A stretch of DNA of 64,000 nt from Bugula neritina (taxonomy: Eukaryota > Animalia > Bryozoa), in NCBI GenBank assembly GCA_964035545.1, contig OZ037772.1, forward strand, positions 4,964,233 through 5,028,232, read 5' to 3'. Positions within the stretch are counted from its first letter, which is position 1; every line of letters starts with the position of its first letter. The notes beneath the pieces were generated by a model, which saw only the letters and a program-made list of their open reading frames with translations, was not told where the DNA came from and searched no databases. Positions 13,690-27,089 of the stretch are shown here, piece after piece. The position numbers and the translations under genes are program-made.

Positions 13690-16600
13690 TCACCACGGGT
13701 GGTGTCGCCAGTACGGGGGGTCCACCAGTACGGGTGGTCCTCCCCCAGCTGCCTCTTCCTCATGATTTTGAGGAATTTCCATCTCATCCGGGACGATGGG
13801 CCTGTCGACCGGCTCCACAGGTGGTGGGGCCGGCTCTGACAGATCTTCAGGTGTGTCGACCTCCTCTTCCTGGGGTGGAGGAGGTTGGGGCTGGTCGGCT
13901 GACGCATCAGCCGCCCTGTCCTGGTCTGGCAGTATCTCCTCGATCTCTCGGTACGCCATGGGTCGCCCCCTCATAGGAGGGCGCCTAGCTGGCTCTAAGA
14001 GAGGAGGTGCTTGACCTGCCGCATCAGGACTTGCCCAGTGAGGTTTTAGCCGTGCCTCGTTCTGGATCGACACTTGTCCAGACCGTTCCACTTTGTATGT
14101 ATGGTTTGGCATTACCTCAATTACGCAGTAGGGACCTACGAACTTCGGCTGCAACTTGGCTGCCTGTCCGCGCCTGGGGCGATGACTGGTCATCCAGACC
14201 CAGTCCCCCACCTTGTATAAAGGTGGGTCGTCAGAGTCACCACTCCTGACCTGCCACTGCTGCTCACGTAGCACCTCGTGAGCCGTCCCCATGCGTTTTA
14301 CGAGCTTGTCCACGTAGTCGTGGACATTGCTCTCGGAAGTCGGAACATGATAGGTTACGTGCTCAGGAACCCTTGTTTCTCTCCCCAGCATGAGAAAATT
14401 AGGGGTCTCCAGTGTACTGGAGTGAGGGGTACTACGGTACGCTCGCATGATCTGCGGCAACACCAAGTCCTACTCTTCCTGGCTCCTACCGATAAGCAGG
14501 CTTCTCAGAGAGTCCCCTAGCATTCGGTTGTTCCGCTCCACAACCCCGTTCCTTTGCGGGTGATACAGGGTCGTCCGACTCTGGTTTACCCCCCACACTT
14601 TACAGAGATCGCTCATGAGTTGCGACTGAAACTGGGCACCTTGGTCAGAGTGTATCTGCTCCGGCAAGCCGAAATAGCAGAACACCTGCTGATCCAAGGC
14701 TCTGGCCACCGAGGGGGCCGACGCATCTGGAATAGCCAGTGCATCAGCCCACCGCGTGAAATGGTCAGTTAATACCAGTATCCAGTTATTACCTCTCGCT
14801 GTTGTGGGCATGGGGCCTACCAGATCGACAGCAACCACCTGCCACGGACGACCGGCATGGAGGCGACGCCTCCCTGCGGTCTCAGTGGGGCGGCCATGGT
14901 TGTACAGTAGTTCTTCTCAGGTGCCGACAGGGCCTTGCTATAGTAAGCCACCACCACCTCGCGACCATCTTGGACCTGCGATAGCACAGCCCCCACATTA
15001 TGGTTACTGGCATCAGTATCCAAAATGTACTCCTTCGCAGGGTCAGGATACGCCAAGATGGGTGCTTCCACCAGGCGATCCTTCAGGTGGTCAAATGCCT
15101 TCTGCTCAGCCTGCGTCCACTGCCATCGCACCCCTTTTGCGGTCAGCCGATTTAACGGCTGTGCAATTCCGGCGAAGTCTGGTATGTACTGACGATAGTA
15201 CCCTACCAGCCCCAGGAATGCCCGCAATTCAGAGAGGTCGACAGGGACGGCCCAGTCCCTCACAGCCCGTACCTTCTCGGGGTCGGCGGCGACCCCGTCT
15301 CGACTAACTACATGGCCCAGGTACTTAACCTCGCGTTGCAGTAATGCACACTTCGAGGGCTTTAGCTTCAGGCTCGCAGCTCGGAGTCTGTCGAACACCT
15401 CCCTGAGTCGACTGACATGTGTGTCGAAGTCGGGGGAGATGACGATGACATCATCGAGATAGATGGGCAGGGTCTTCCAGTGCAGTCCACTCAGGACCTG
15501 CTCCATGAGTCGCTGGAAGGTGGCTGGTGCGGACGTAAGTCCGAATGGCAACACCTTCCATTTTCAGAGCCCATCCCGCGTTATAAACGCGGCCTTGTCC
15601 TGTGCTTCAGGACTCAGGGGCACCTGCCAATACCCGCTTAGCAAGTCCAACGTGCTGAAGAACTTGCTACCAGCTAAGGCATCGAGCGACTCATCGATCC
15701 TCGGGAGAGGGTAAGCGTCCTGGATGGTCACGCTGTTCAGCCTGCGATAGTCAACGCAAAACCTCCAGCTACCATCCTTTTTCCGAACCAGGACGACTGG
15801 AGAACTCCAGGCCCCATGGCCTGGCTCAATCAGGTCCCGGTTCAGAAGGTCTTGCACCTGACGGCTCACTTCTCTCTCCTTCTCAGGACCTAACCGGCGG
15901 GTCGGCTGCCGAATTGGCGCAGTCCCCGCCGCCAGGGGTATCTCATGACAGACAGTCTTAGTCAGACCCATGTCATGGTCGCCGCAACTAAACACGTCCT
16001 TGTACTCAGAGAGTAGCCGCGCCATCACCAGGCGTTCTTGCTTGCTCTCACAGCCATCACAGGCATCCTCGTACAACTCTGCTACAAGTTCAGGCACCGG
16101 CCCCCTGCCGTCTCTGGTGGGTACTCCCCGGGCGTCGTCCGCTGTTTCCAGCGCGGGCCCTACATCCTCCTCTTGCACGGAGTGGAACTTTCCTACTAGA
16201 GACCCAGCCGGTAATTCTACCGGCTCCGTGAAAGGGCTTACGCACTGGACCAAGAACTCCCCCCGCTCATCCAGTCTATTCAGACTGTTAGCGAGCTGGA
16301 CGCCCCCCAGTGCACCTTCCACCACTCCGAGCTCGGAGATTTCCCTACAGTTCACTCTGCAGCGAACTGTAGCCCGGGAGCGCCCAGGTACAGTACAGCG
16401 CTGTACCACCTGCACTCCCCCCACCAAGGGTCGGCCAAATCGGTCGACAAAGGCCAGCTCACGCCCCGCCATCACTACTGCCGACTTGCTAAAGTCTATG
16501 TAGCACCTGTGTCGTTTCAGAAATGGCATGCCCAAGATGGCATCCTCCTTGAGTTGACTGACGATGAAGGTCTCACTGATCGTCTGATCACGAACTCTAC

Positions 16601-16997
16601 CAGTCAACTGGATTACCCCATAGAAAGGAATACACGACCCGTCCGCCAACGTGCCGTACTCTCCTTCATATGGTTCTAGGCTAGCCCTGTCCCTGGCACT
16701 GAGGGTGTCGAATAGACGTCGACTCAGTAGATTTGTGGCGCACCCAGTGTCCAACAGGAATGTGACAGCTTTGCCAGCAAGTTTGCCGGGGAGGAAATAG
16801 CTGCCTCCATATGGCTGAGCGCTCACTGAGCGATTTGTCTCTTGAGGCGACACCTCATGTGCATGGAGTTGGGGATGCACCTGTGCTTTCCGGTTGCGAG
16901 GGGGTCGTCGACGTTGCATGGGCGGGCAGGGTACGTCTCGGTCTCGCTCACACACGAGCGGCCGAGTGAATTCTCGGACTGATGCTCGTGTGGGCAA
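13690..16997 (-). pseudogene. pol: Gypsy-1 pol: protease, RT, partial RNase H, integrase
   Basis: LLDTG (protease); WRFCVDYRRLN, PFGL and YLDD (RT); LDTDAS (RNase H); VAVDLVGP, IHSDQG, VERNNR and a GPY motif (integrase). Nonsense codons at ~15564 and ~14470 and an internal deletion at ~14898. Confidence 0.93.
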
Positions 16998-17335
16998 CCG
17001 AGGAAAATCCCTGTTGTGCTCCCACTCCGTCGTTCACTCCCTCATCAAGCAAACCTTCAAAGCGGTTTTTGAGTGCCCAAGCCGGAGGTATTGGTGGGCC
17101 TTGCGGCCGACTCACTCTCCTTGGGGCTTGCCACTCTGGCGAAGGCGGCCTCCTCACCCGGTGGGGTGGGGGCCGTAGCCTCTGCCTTGGGGGGTTAAAC
17201 TGGGGCCTACGGTAGGCGGAAGTTATCGTGGGCCGTCGCTGTTTAACCGCCTCCCACTGCCGCGGTGGCATTTTCGTAGGAAGTGCCCACCACTACCACA
17301 GCCCCAGCATACGGTGCCGCGCCTGTCGTCGACAG

Positions 17336-18067
17336 CTACCAACGCTGGCGCAGTTGCCTGATCTCGGCTAGCAGTTCTCGAATAAAGCTCGTGGTCAAGC
17401 TAGTAGATTCGTCTGCTGCTGCCGCTGCGACCTGTACAGCTGTCTTCGCCGGCGACGTCGACACGTCGTCTGCCCCGACCTGCTGTACTGTCGCACCAGG
17501 TCGACTTGCACTGTCGGCTTGGAAATAGGCATTCTCAGGCCTTAGAGCTCTCTCCATAGTCTCAACTTCGGCCACCAGCAGATGCTGTTTCAGACCGAGG
17601 TTGTTAATAGACTGGAGGAATGCATCCAGTGCTAGGCTCTGTCGACTTTCGGCAGGCAAGTCGCTGTAAGCAACTTGTGCCAGTCGTTCGACTACGGTAG
17701 CATGCTCTCGCAGATTGGTCTTAGGATTTCTCTTAAGACTCTGCAGTTGCACGCGAGCATCTCGAGCAGTTAATCCAAACCGAGCTCGTAGTGCTTCAAA
17801 TATGTCACCGACATTCTGGCTTATGCCATAGGGTTTAGCCGGCCCTGTCAGACACAACCGCAGCTGGATCAGAGTAACCCTATTCGGCCATCCGCAGATG
17901 TCCGCCACATCACTAAACTCAGTGACGAATTGCTCCACATCCTCTTCCCCTGAGAAGATGGGAGCCCGCAAGTGGTACCTGTCCATAGGCAGCGCTGGGC
18001 CGCCTATGTGATCCTCTTCTATTGCTGCTGGCTCCTGTCTGGGCGCGTCGACGACTTCGTCGGCCAT
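17336..18067 (-). CDS. gag: Gypsy-1 gag-like ORF (243 aa)
   Basis: First ORF after the PBS; PIFSGEEDVEQF...W...LRLCLTGPAK capsid-like segment; homologous to decayed Gypsy-2 sequence at 26289-27030. Confidence 0.8.
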   Translation of the reverse strand: MADEVVDAPRQEPAAIEEDHIGGPALPMDRYHLRAPIFSGEEDVEQFVTEFSDVADICGWPNRVTLIQLRLCLTGPAKPYGISQNVGDIFEALRARFGLTARDARVQLQSLKRNPKTNLREHATVVERLAQVAYSDLPAESRQSLALDAFLQSINNLGLKQHLLVAEVETMERALRPENAYFQADSASRPGATVQQVGADDVSTSPAKTAVQVAAAAADESTSLTTSFIRELLAEIRQLRQRW

Positions 18068-18103
18068 CTTACTCTCTGGCTAGGGGTATTTGTATTAGGT
18101 GGA

Positions 18104-18121
18104 ATCCCACTGCTGCCACCA
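18104..18121 (-). promoter_or_regulatory. Gypsy-1 primer binding site, tRNA-Leu type
   Basis: Minus strand TGGTGGCAGCAGTGGGAT, 1 nt from the LTR end; complementary (1 mismatch) to the tRNA-Leu 3' end ATCCCACCGCTGCCA-CCA as recalled. Confidence 0.85.
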
Positions 18122-18122
18122 C

Positions 18123-18531
18123 TGTAGTGAATTTTGCCAGTTCACTGTTATTATGTGTGGGTCAACTTAAACAAAGCCACTGCACCAGGTTGTTTACGCT
18201 AAGATAACTTTATTATTTACACAAATACAAGAAGGTTATTTACTGCTAGCATGAATAGAAAACGTTTACATAATTAGTGAGCTTGAATAAACAACTACTT
18301 TAAATGAAGTCCCAAGCTGCTCTGCCGGCTAGCTACTCAACGCACTGCAACTACGAGTAGCTAGCTCCACCTGCTATCAATTAGTGTGACTGTCCTGATT
18401 GGTGGTTATTAGTGGTGCCACTGCTGTCCATAGCTACAATCCGACAGGGTCGAACTCACAATATAATAAACAATATAGAGTGAACCTTTTCGATTAATAC
18501 AATAATAATTGCACCACTAAAATCCATCGCA
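18123..18531 (-). repeat. Gypsy-1 5' LTR
   Basis: Adjacent to the PBS; followed by TSD CAGC. Confidence 0.95.
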
Positions 18532-21422
18532 CAGCTTTCTGTCTATAACTTTGCAAAAAAATTGAAAATTGAAATTTCCAAAAAAGTTGCTCTGGGGAAC
18601 AAATAGATCTACAACATAGTTTTTAAATTTTGACTCTACACAATTAGGTGAGATTATTTTACTAGTACTGAATTCTTATATGATTACAATGCAAACCTCA
18701 GCAAGGCAGTTGCAGCTACAAGGTTGCCCTTAACTATCCTGTGCAGGGTTGTTCAGACCATTTACACCATTTACAATGTAAAAAAATACTTGTAAATTTT
18801 GTTGCTTCAAACAAGTTGTAGGATAATGCAGCAATAACCTCTGAAGCGTAAAACTTTTAAGAATAACGTATTTAAATGTGAAGCAGTAGGCCTAACTTAT
18901 AACAGTAATTAGCTCAAGTAAAATAGGAATTGCTTTAAAATTATTCAGAGAGCTATTATTGAACAGAGTTTCTCTTTTAAATTTTCTTCCAAGATTATAC
19001 TATGCTTAAGTGCACGTACAATACTTTGACTGTCTAAGTCAGGCTGTAGAACATTTATATATAAAATTATTCTGCTCGGTACATAAATTGTAGAAGGAAA
19101 AAAACTTACTGTAATTAATGCTTGATACCTACATGTGCTATAAGACATGTGCAGTCTGTAATAGTTATTAGGACATCATTGTGTAATGATTAATAGGAGT
19201 TTGGCTTTAAGTAACTTAAAAAAACCTGATGCTGTAGCCACAAGCTCAAACTGAAATTGCCAATTTGTGACCTTCACATTGAAATATTCCACTTCTTTAG
19301 CCCTTGCTCTGAAAAGCTTGGACACTCCTGATCTAAGCCCTAAGGTACTTTATGACTTTCCAAGACTGACTTTGGCAAAAAATTGTTTAGCTTTACATAA
19401 TGGCCCTCTAGATATTCAAGTTAGTTAAAAGATAGTTGTCAACAAACTATTTTTGTTTAAATATAGTAAGCTTAACCTAAACTTTAAAGGCATTCTACTA
19501 CACATTTAAAAATTACGCAAACACTAAGTTTTGACGTTGAATGTTGCAATTGTTGTTTAATAGGGAAAAATTATTCAGGGATTACCCTAGTTTTATCAGA
19601 CTAACTACCATTATTTTGGTTTTCTATTTTTTTATTGCTATTATTAAATGTAGCTTATGTATTTAAAATTACTGATAATTTCTAGAATTGCTTCTCCTGT
19701 GATTATCTCGTGACAAAAACCAAATGCATATTGTTTTTCTCATATAACTGAGTTGTATAAGTTCTATATATATAGCTAGTTTTAAAAGTATGACTTATTC
19801 TTTTTATTAACTTTAAGAAATATCTTTTGTTACATTTTTAGAAGATTGAGATTAAGATAAGAATCCTATAGCAGCCACAATGTGAAGTAGGTGCAGTAAT
19901 GGAGATATTGAAAACCACATATAAGAATTTACTATACAACATAAACTATACAACCATCAAAGTCTAACAATTCTACAAAGCATTAGGAAATACTAACTGC
20001 TCTGTCTAACACTGTCCACCAATACAAAACACTAGTTAGTCCTTGTCTAACAGTTGTATCCTTAGCTTTCTACACTTCAAAATATGTTGGTACTCAGTAG
20101 GGCTCATCTAACAAAAGCTAAGAGCTTCTAACAAAATGATATTAATGAGGAATTCTTTGTCAAAATCTCCATTTCTGCACTTAACTGCACAACATTCTGG
20201 TATAACTTGTTTCACTCCTAGACTGATGCTTATGAATGAAGAATGGCTAACTAAAGCTAGACACACACCCAGCATTTGTTATTACTTTTGGTGTCATTGC
20301 AGTTATCGAATCAGATTTGATAAATGGGTGGAGCTTAGTAGTGTGACCCAAATAGACTAGCATATACTCAACTATTGTGATGTGTACACAAATACTAGTG
20401 AGTCAGAATCAGGCGCAAAAGCAAGACAGTAATAGGGGTATGAGAGAGAATAATAAGCATAAGAGAGTGAATAATGTCTATAACAGAGCAAATAATAGGG
20501 GTATGAGAGTGCATAATGGAGGTATGGTATTGAATAATGAGCATAAAAGGAGAAGAAATATGGGTATGGGAATGAATAATGACAGTGTGAGACCAAATAA
20601 TAGACCTAAGAGCACAAATAATAAGGGTATGAGAGCAAATGATAGCCCAATGAGAGCGTTTTGTGAGCGTATAAGAGAGAATAATGGTTAGGTTCTTTAT
20701 TATAAGCATATGAGATGCAATATTTAGCAGATTTTTGATCATTTGGCACTTCATACTTTGGACCCTCGATCACTAAACATTAGCCTATGTATTATATTAT
20801 AACTTGTTGGTCATAGCTTTTCTCCTAGTTTTCCTGTTTGGCATAGGAGAAGACAGCGTGACTGGTATAGACTGTGGAACTACTCTCCAATCAGCTTAAA
20901 TATAGACCTGACCCCATTCTCTCACATTTCTGACTACCCATTTGGTTGATTACATAATATCCATGTGATGCAGTAATTGCCAACATACAAAATAGACCCA
21001 CAAACTATAGTTCGAAAAACTATAATAATATTTGTGACCCTCAAAAGCATAACGGATGAACTTATTTTTGAACCTAAATATGAATTATAAGAATAAAAAA
21101 ATTACCATTTAAATGTTTCTTTTTACATACATATGTTTGAAAACATGAAGCCTGCAGTAGTTATGGAAACTATGCAATGATTCATAAGAATTTAGAATGA
21201 AGTAATTTGAAATAATTGGCGTTGGCCCCAAGCTCAAGCTGAAGTTTATAATATGTGACCCTCACCATGAAATACTCTGTTTCATAGGCCTCACTATGAA
21301 AAGGTAAGAAAGCCCTGGTCTAATACATGAGCTTTCTACTGGTGTAGCACAGTTGATGTGCACAGCCATAATCTACTACACTATTACTAAATGATGTCTT
21401 AACTAGTATATGTTTATTATAG

Positions 21423-21563
21423 CATGTCTAATCTGAAGAATCTAGAGACTCTTTTTATGTCGGGCAATAACTTCAGTGAAGGATTACCTGATGCAGTCAC
21501 ACTAATGACATCTCTAAGGGTGTTGCATATTAATCAGTTTAAACTGCCAACTCTACCTCAAAA
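21423..21563 (+). CDS. LRR cassette exon 1 (141 bp, phase 2-2): MSNLKNLETLFMSGNNFSEGLPDAVTLMTSLRVLHINQFKLPTLPQ
   Basis: tatag acceptor, gttagt donor, two LxxLxLxxNxL-type repeats. Confidence 0.9.
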
Positions 21564-21977
21564 GTTAGTAAACGATACTTTAAGTAAATTGGTCATAGAC
21601 CTTTTTCATCTATAGTAGACGGTGCCTATAGGATTTGCCTGTATTTTTCTATAACTAGATTTGTTAAAATTCCTCAAATTTATTGCATTGTTGCAAAATT
21701 TTATATAATATGCAAATAAATATATGCTAACAAAGACATGCTACATATATATAATTACCATGACATCTACTCATGAAAGGTAGAACCCATGCCATAATAT
21801 TTTAATTTCCTATGCTTGAAATGAGTAAAAGTTGGTAAATTCAGTTTATGAGCCTTTTTTCTGAAAGATATACAGCCTAAGCTTCATGATGTAATATATC
21901 CTACTTTACCTAGCATCACAAAAGTAGTTATTTTGTATTATATATTTTGTATTGATATATTTTACTGTCTGCTATAG

Positions 21978-22118
21978 CATGTCTAACTTGAAGAATCTGG
22001 AGACTCTTTTTATGCAAGAAAATAACTTCAGTGAAGGATTACCTGATGTAGTCACATCAATGACATCTCTAAGAGAGTTGAATATGAAGAACTGTAAACT
22101 ACCAACTCTACCTGAAAG
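21978..22118 (+). CDS. LRR cassette exon 2 (FMQE / NMKN)
   Basis: 141 bp, tatag / gtttgt, open frame. Confidence 0.9.
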
Positions 22119-22838
22119 GTTTGTAAAAACAACAACTATATAAAATACAAATGAAATGTTTCTATCTAGGATTTTGCATGTCTGCCCTTTTCTAGACTTG
22201 TCAAATACTTTGCGAAAATTTCTCAAATCTATTAAGTACAAAATCTTGCTTTAATCATCACATAAAATAAGCAAATGATTATACACTAAAAAAGACATGC
22301 TATGTATAATAATCATTATAACATATGAGGTTAATTGGAATATCTTATTTGTAAGAAACTTTACAATGTCTTGCTTTCCTATGCTTGAAACCAGTAAAAG
22401 GTAGTAAGTTGAGTTTATTAGCTTTTTCTTGAAAAATATACAGCGTACACTTTATTATAAAATATCCTGCAGACTAAAATCAGACTTTGATCTGCCAATA
22501 TAATGTATAATCGATATTTAAATAAGTCATACAGTCTTTTGTTATACGATAAGTAGCAATAAACTTTAAAGTTTTAGAAACAATTATTCTGCATTATGAA
22601 GTATGAAACGAAAATGAATTATTTTCAAAAAACTACCAGTAGTGATAGAAAATATTGTAGTAAATTTCTCAATTCACTATAATGTGTGGGTCTGCTTATG
22701 TAAAGCTATTTCACCAGGTTTACAATGATAAGAGTTTATTTGCTGCGAATTATACACAAGTAAAAGTTACTACCACTAAATTAAACGATTACATAACACA
22801 GAGTAATCAACACACTACTATTCAATAACAAGTCCCAA

Positions 22839-23593
22839 CGCAGGATAGTTAAGGGCAACCTTTTAGCTGCAACTGCCTTGCTGAGATTTGCATTTGTAAT
22901 CATATAAGAATTCAGTACCAGTAAAATAAAATCTCACCTAATTGTGCTAGAGTCAAAATTTAAAAACTATGTTGTAGATCTTTTTTTTCCCCAGTGCAAG
23001 TTTTTTGGAAATTTCAATTTTCATTTTTTTTGCAAAGTTATAGACAAAAAACTGTTCAATTTTGGCCAATTTTGCCTGAAAAGCTGACTTTTCAGTTCCA
23101 GTAAAATATCTCAGCAGCAAAAGATGATATCTGAATAAAAATTGCACTGCTAGAATCCAGAGATATTTCTCCAGTGCAAGTTTTTCTTTTCTAATAACTT
23201 TGCTAGATTGCTCATAAAGTGGTGATTTATACACTGAAAATGCCATGTTTTTTCATAAGAAACTAGCAGCGCGCAGCACTTCACGCTTTAATGAGCACGA
23301 AAGGGATGAGAAGATATTGGCGAGTACATAATAATTACAGGCTTGCTAGCTGGCAGGCTAATATGAATAGCTCGCTTTGTACTTTGTTTATGTAGCACCT
23401 GTAATAGAATGTTGATAGATAACGCAGCCCTAATGAAGGTTGCTGCTTATTGGTTGTAGGTTATTCTTAGGCTAAACAATTACAAGTAGGCAACACGCAC
23501 GCCACCCGCAGAGCAATATTATTCAAGAACCTGAACTACATTTTGAGAGAAATTTAAGATATTCTTAGTGAGGATGCCCTTAACTATCCTGTG
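22839..23593 (-). mobile_element. CAC-TIR element copy 2 (complete, 755 bp)
   Basis: CGCAGGATAGTTAAGGGCA ... TGCCCTTAACTATCCTGTG; reverse complement of copy 1; no TSD because LTR lies on one side and pol on the other. Confidence 0.85.
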
Positions 23594-26500
23594 CTGACCG
23601 AAGTTGTCCTTCCTCCCAGCTGTATACACCCGCTTTCCCAACTGTTCTTCAACGTCCGAGCGAGGGGGTCTACCATTCCTACGCTCTATATTTTGGCATT
23701 GCTTACACTCATCTGCCTGGTGGCGGCTGAGTCCATTGGCATCACCGTGCTTCTTACCAACTCGGTGTTCGATCCGATAAGAAAACTCTGCAAGGATTTC
23801 CAGCCAGCGCGCCACTTGGCTTGATGGTTCAGTCCGTCGACACAGCCATATCAGAGACGCATGATTCGTCCGTAGTCCGAACATTTGCCCATACAGATAT
23901 GGTCTGAAGTGTTTGACCGCCTTGAATACTGTCAGGAGATCTCTCCTGGTTGTACAGTAGTTCTTCTCAGGCACCGACAGCACTTTAATATAGTAAGCCA
24001 ACACCACCTCGCGACCATCTTGAACCTGAGACAGCACAGCCCCCACATTGTGGTTACTGGCATCAATATCCAAAATGTACTCCTTCGCTGGGTCAGGATA
24101 CACTGAGATGGGTGCTTCCACCAGGCGATCCTTCAGTTGGTCAAATGCCTTTTGCTCGGCCTGTGTCCACTGCCATCGCACCCCCTTTGCTGTCAACCGA
24201 TTTAACGGTTGTGCAATTCCTGCGAAGTCCGGTATGTACTGACGATAGTACCCTACCAGTCCCAGGAATGCCCGCAATTAAGGGAGGTCGACAGGAACAG
24301 CCCAGTCCCTCACGGCCTGTACCTTCTCGGGGTCGGTGGCGACCCCATCTCGACCAACAGCATGGCCCAGGTACCTAACCTCGCGTTGCAGTAACGCACA
24401 CTTAGAGGGCTTGAGCTTCAGACCAGCAGCTCGAAGTCTGTCAAACACCTCCCTTAGCCGACTGAGATGAGTGTCGAATTTGAGGGAGATGACCATGACA
24501 TCATCGAGATAGATGAGCAACGTCTTCCAGTGCAGCCCACTCAGGACCTGCTCCATGAGTCGCTGGAAGGTGGCCGGTGCGGACGTAAGTCCGAATGGCA
24601 GTACCTTCCATTTCCAGAGCCCATGCCGTGTAATAAAACGCGGCCTTGTCCTGTGCTTCAGGACTCAGGGGCACCTGCCAATACTTGCTTAACAAGTCCA
24701 ACGTACTGAAGAACTTGCTACCAGCTAAGGCATTGAGCGACTCGTCAATCCTAGGAAGAGGTTAAGCGTCCTGGATGGTCACGCTGTTCAGCCTGCGATA
24801 ATCATTGCAAAACTTCCAACTCCCATCCTTTTTCCAAACCAGGACGACTGGAGAACTCCAGGCCCCATGGCCTGGCTCAATCAGGTTCCGATTCAGAAGG
24901 TCTTGCACCTGTCGGCTCACTTCCCTTTCCTTCTCAGGACCTAACCGGCGGGTCGGCTGCCGGATAGGCACCAACCCTGCCGCCAGGGGTATTTCATGAC
25001 AGACAGCTTCAGTCAGACCCATGTCATGATCGCCGCAGCTGAACACGTCTTTGTACTCAGAAAGTAGTTGCGCCATCACCAGGCGTTCCCGCTTACTTTC
25101 ACAGCCATCACCGGCATTCCCGCACAACTCTGCTATGTGTTCAGGTACCGGCTCCCTGGCGTCCCTAGTGAGTATCCTACGGGCTTCGTCTGCCGTTTTC
25201 AGCGCGGGCACTACATCCTCTTCCTGCACGGAGTGGAACTTCCCCACTAGTGACCCAGCCGGCAATTCTACCGGCTCCTTGAAAGGATTCACGCACTGGA
25301 CCAGAAACCTGCCCCGCTCATCCAGTCTATTCAGACTGTTAGCGAGCTGGACGCCCCCAGTGCACCTTCCACCACTCCTAAGTCGGAGATTTTTCTACAG
25401 TCCATTCAGAAGCGAACTGTAGCCCGAGAGCGCCCAGGTACAGTACAACGCTGCACCACCTGCACTCCCCCCACCAAGGGTCGACCAGATCGGTCGACAC
25501 AGGCCAGCTCACGCCCGGCCATCATCACTGCCGACTTGTTGAAGTCGATGTGGCACCTGTGTCATTTCAGAAATTGTATGTCCAAGATGGCATCCTCCTT
25601 GAGTTGACTAACAATGAAGGTCTCGCTGATCACCTGATTACGAACTGTACCAGTAGACTCTATTACCCCATAGACAGGAATAAACGACCCGTCCGCCAAT
25701 GTGCCATGCTCCCCTTCATATGGTTCCAGGCTAGCCCTGTCCCTGGCACTGAGTGTGTCAAACAGACGCCGGCTCAGAATGTTTGTGGTACACCCAGTAT
25801 CCAACAGGAAGGTGACAGCTTTTCCGACAAGCTTGCCGGGGAGGAAATAGCTGCCTCCATATGGCTGGGCGCTCACTGAGCGGTTCGTCTCTTGAGGCGA
25901 CACCTCATGTGCATGGAGTTGGGAATGCACCTGCGTTTTTCGTTTGCGAGGGGGTCGTCGACGTTGCGTGGGCAAGCAGGTTACATCTCGGTCTTGCTCG
26001 CACACGGGCGACCGAGTGAATGCTCGGTGCGGCGCTCGTGTGGGCAACCGAGGGAAATCCCTGTCTTGCTCCCACTCGTCGTACACTCCCTCATCAGGCA
26101 AACCTTCAAAGCAGTTTTTGAGTACCCAAGCCGGAGGTTTTGGCGGGCCTTGCGGCCTAACTCTCCTTGGGGCTTATCACTCTGGCAAAAGGCGGCCTGT
26201 CACCTGGTGGGGTTTGGGCCTTGGCCTTTTCCTTGGAGGGGTAAATCAGGGCCCACAGTTGGCAGAATCTACCATTGACCGTTGCCATTTAACTGCCTCC
26301 CTCTACCATGGGGGCAGCTTTGTATGAAGTGCCCGCCACTACCACAGCTGTCGACAACCCTCGGGGTCTCTCGACTTTCGATTGCTGGCATAGCTGCTTG
26401 ATCTCGGCTAGCAGCTCTCGAACCAAGCTTGTGGTCAAGCTAGTTGGCTCTTCAGCTGCCGCCGTGGCGACATGTACAGCTGTCTTCGCCGGCGACGTCG

Positions 26501-27071
26501 ACACGTCGTCGTCTGCTCCGACCTGCTGTATTGTCGTACCAGGCCGGCATACACTGTCGGCTTGGAAATAGGCATTTTCAAGCTTTAGAGCTCTCTTCAT
26601 AGTCTCAGTTGTTAATAGACTGGAGGAATGCATCCAGTGCTAAGCTCTGTCGACTATCAGCAGGCAAGTCGCCATAACCGACTTGTGCCAGTCGTTCGAC
26701 TACGGTCGCATGCTCTTGCAGGTTAGTCTTAAGATTTCTCCTAAGTCCCTGGAGTTGCACGCGAGCATCGAGCTTTTAATGCCTCAAATATGTCACCGAC
26801 ATCCTGGCTTATCTCATAGGGTTTAGCAGGCCCAGTCAGACATAACCGTAGCTGGATCAGAGTAACCCGATTCGGCCATCTGCAAATGGCCGCCATATCA
26901 CTGAATTCAGTGATGAATTGCTCCACATCTTTTTTTTTCTGAGAAGATGGGAGCCCGCAAGTGGTACCTGTCTATAGGCAGCGCTGGGCCGCCTATGTTA
27001 TCCTCCTCCATCGCTACCATCGTCGGCCATCTTCTTTCTACTCCCTGGCTAGGAGCATTTGTATAAGCGTG

Positions 27072-27089
27072 ATCCCACCGCTGCCACCA
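27072..27089 (-). promoter_or_regulatory. Gypsy-2 primer binding site, tRNA-Leu type
   Basis: Plus strand ATCCCACCGCTGCCACCA matches the 3' 18 nt of tRNA-Leu + CCA as recalled; 1 nt from the LTR start at 27091. Confidence 0.88.

Larger units (their letters stand above)
11828..18531 (-). mobile_element. Ty3/Gypsy LTR retrotransposon 1 (two LTRs, defective)
   Basis: LTRs 11828-12232 and 18123-18531 (TG...CA, ~10 substitutions plus one 4-bp indel by eye); 4-bp TSD CAGC; gag-PR-RT-RH-IN order on the minus strand. Confidence 0.97.
11283..18743 (+). mobile_element. Non-autonomous CAC-TIR DNA transposon copy 1 (~750 bp; 11283-11827 + 18536-18743), split by Gypsy-1
   Basis: 19-bp TIRs CACAGG(G/A)TAGTTAAGGGCA with CA on both outer sides. 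Removing Gypsy-1 restores a sequence collinear with copy 2 (22839-23593). CAC termini with a 2-bp TSD are compatible with the CMC (EnSpm/Mirage/Chapaev) group (inference). Confidence 0.8.
10387..20753. mobile_element. Long-TIR (foldback-like) element: arms ~10387-10873 and ~20197-20753, hosting nested insertions
   Basis: About 0.5-kb inverted repeats (CGGAGTGCCAAATG... / ...CATTTGGCACTTCA) with internal short sub-repeats (ctctcataccc.tatt); TA outside both ends. Could alternatively be two independent inverted copies. Confidence 0.6.

Noticed and set aside
13636-17528. Plus-strand ORFs over the Gypsy elements (also 23591-26571)
   Set aside because: Antisense shadows of GC-rich gag-pol sequence.
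8649-21422. Dscam-type docking/selector pairing for mutually exclusive splicing
   Set aside because: I could not find by eye a docking sequence complementary to all cassette flanks. It needs a computational RNA-RNA complementarity search, so it is not claimed.
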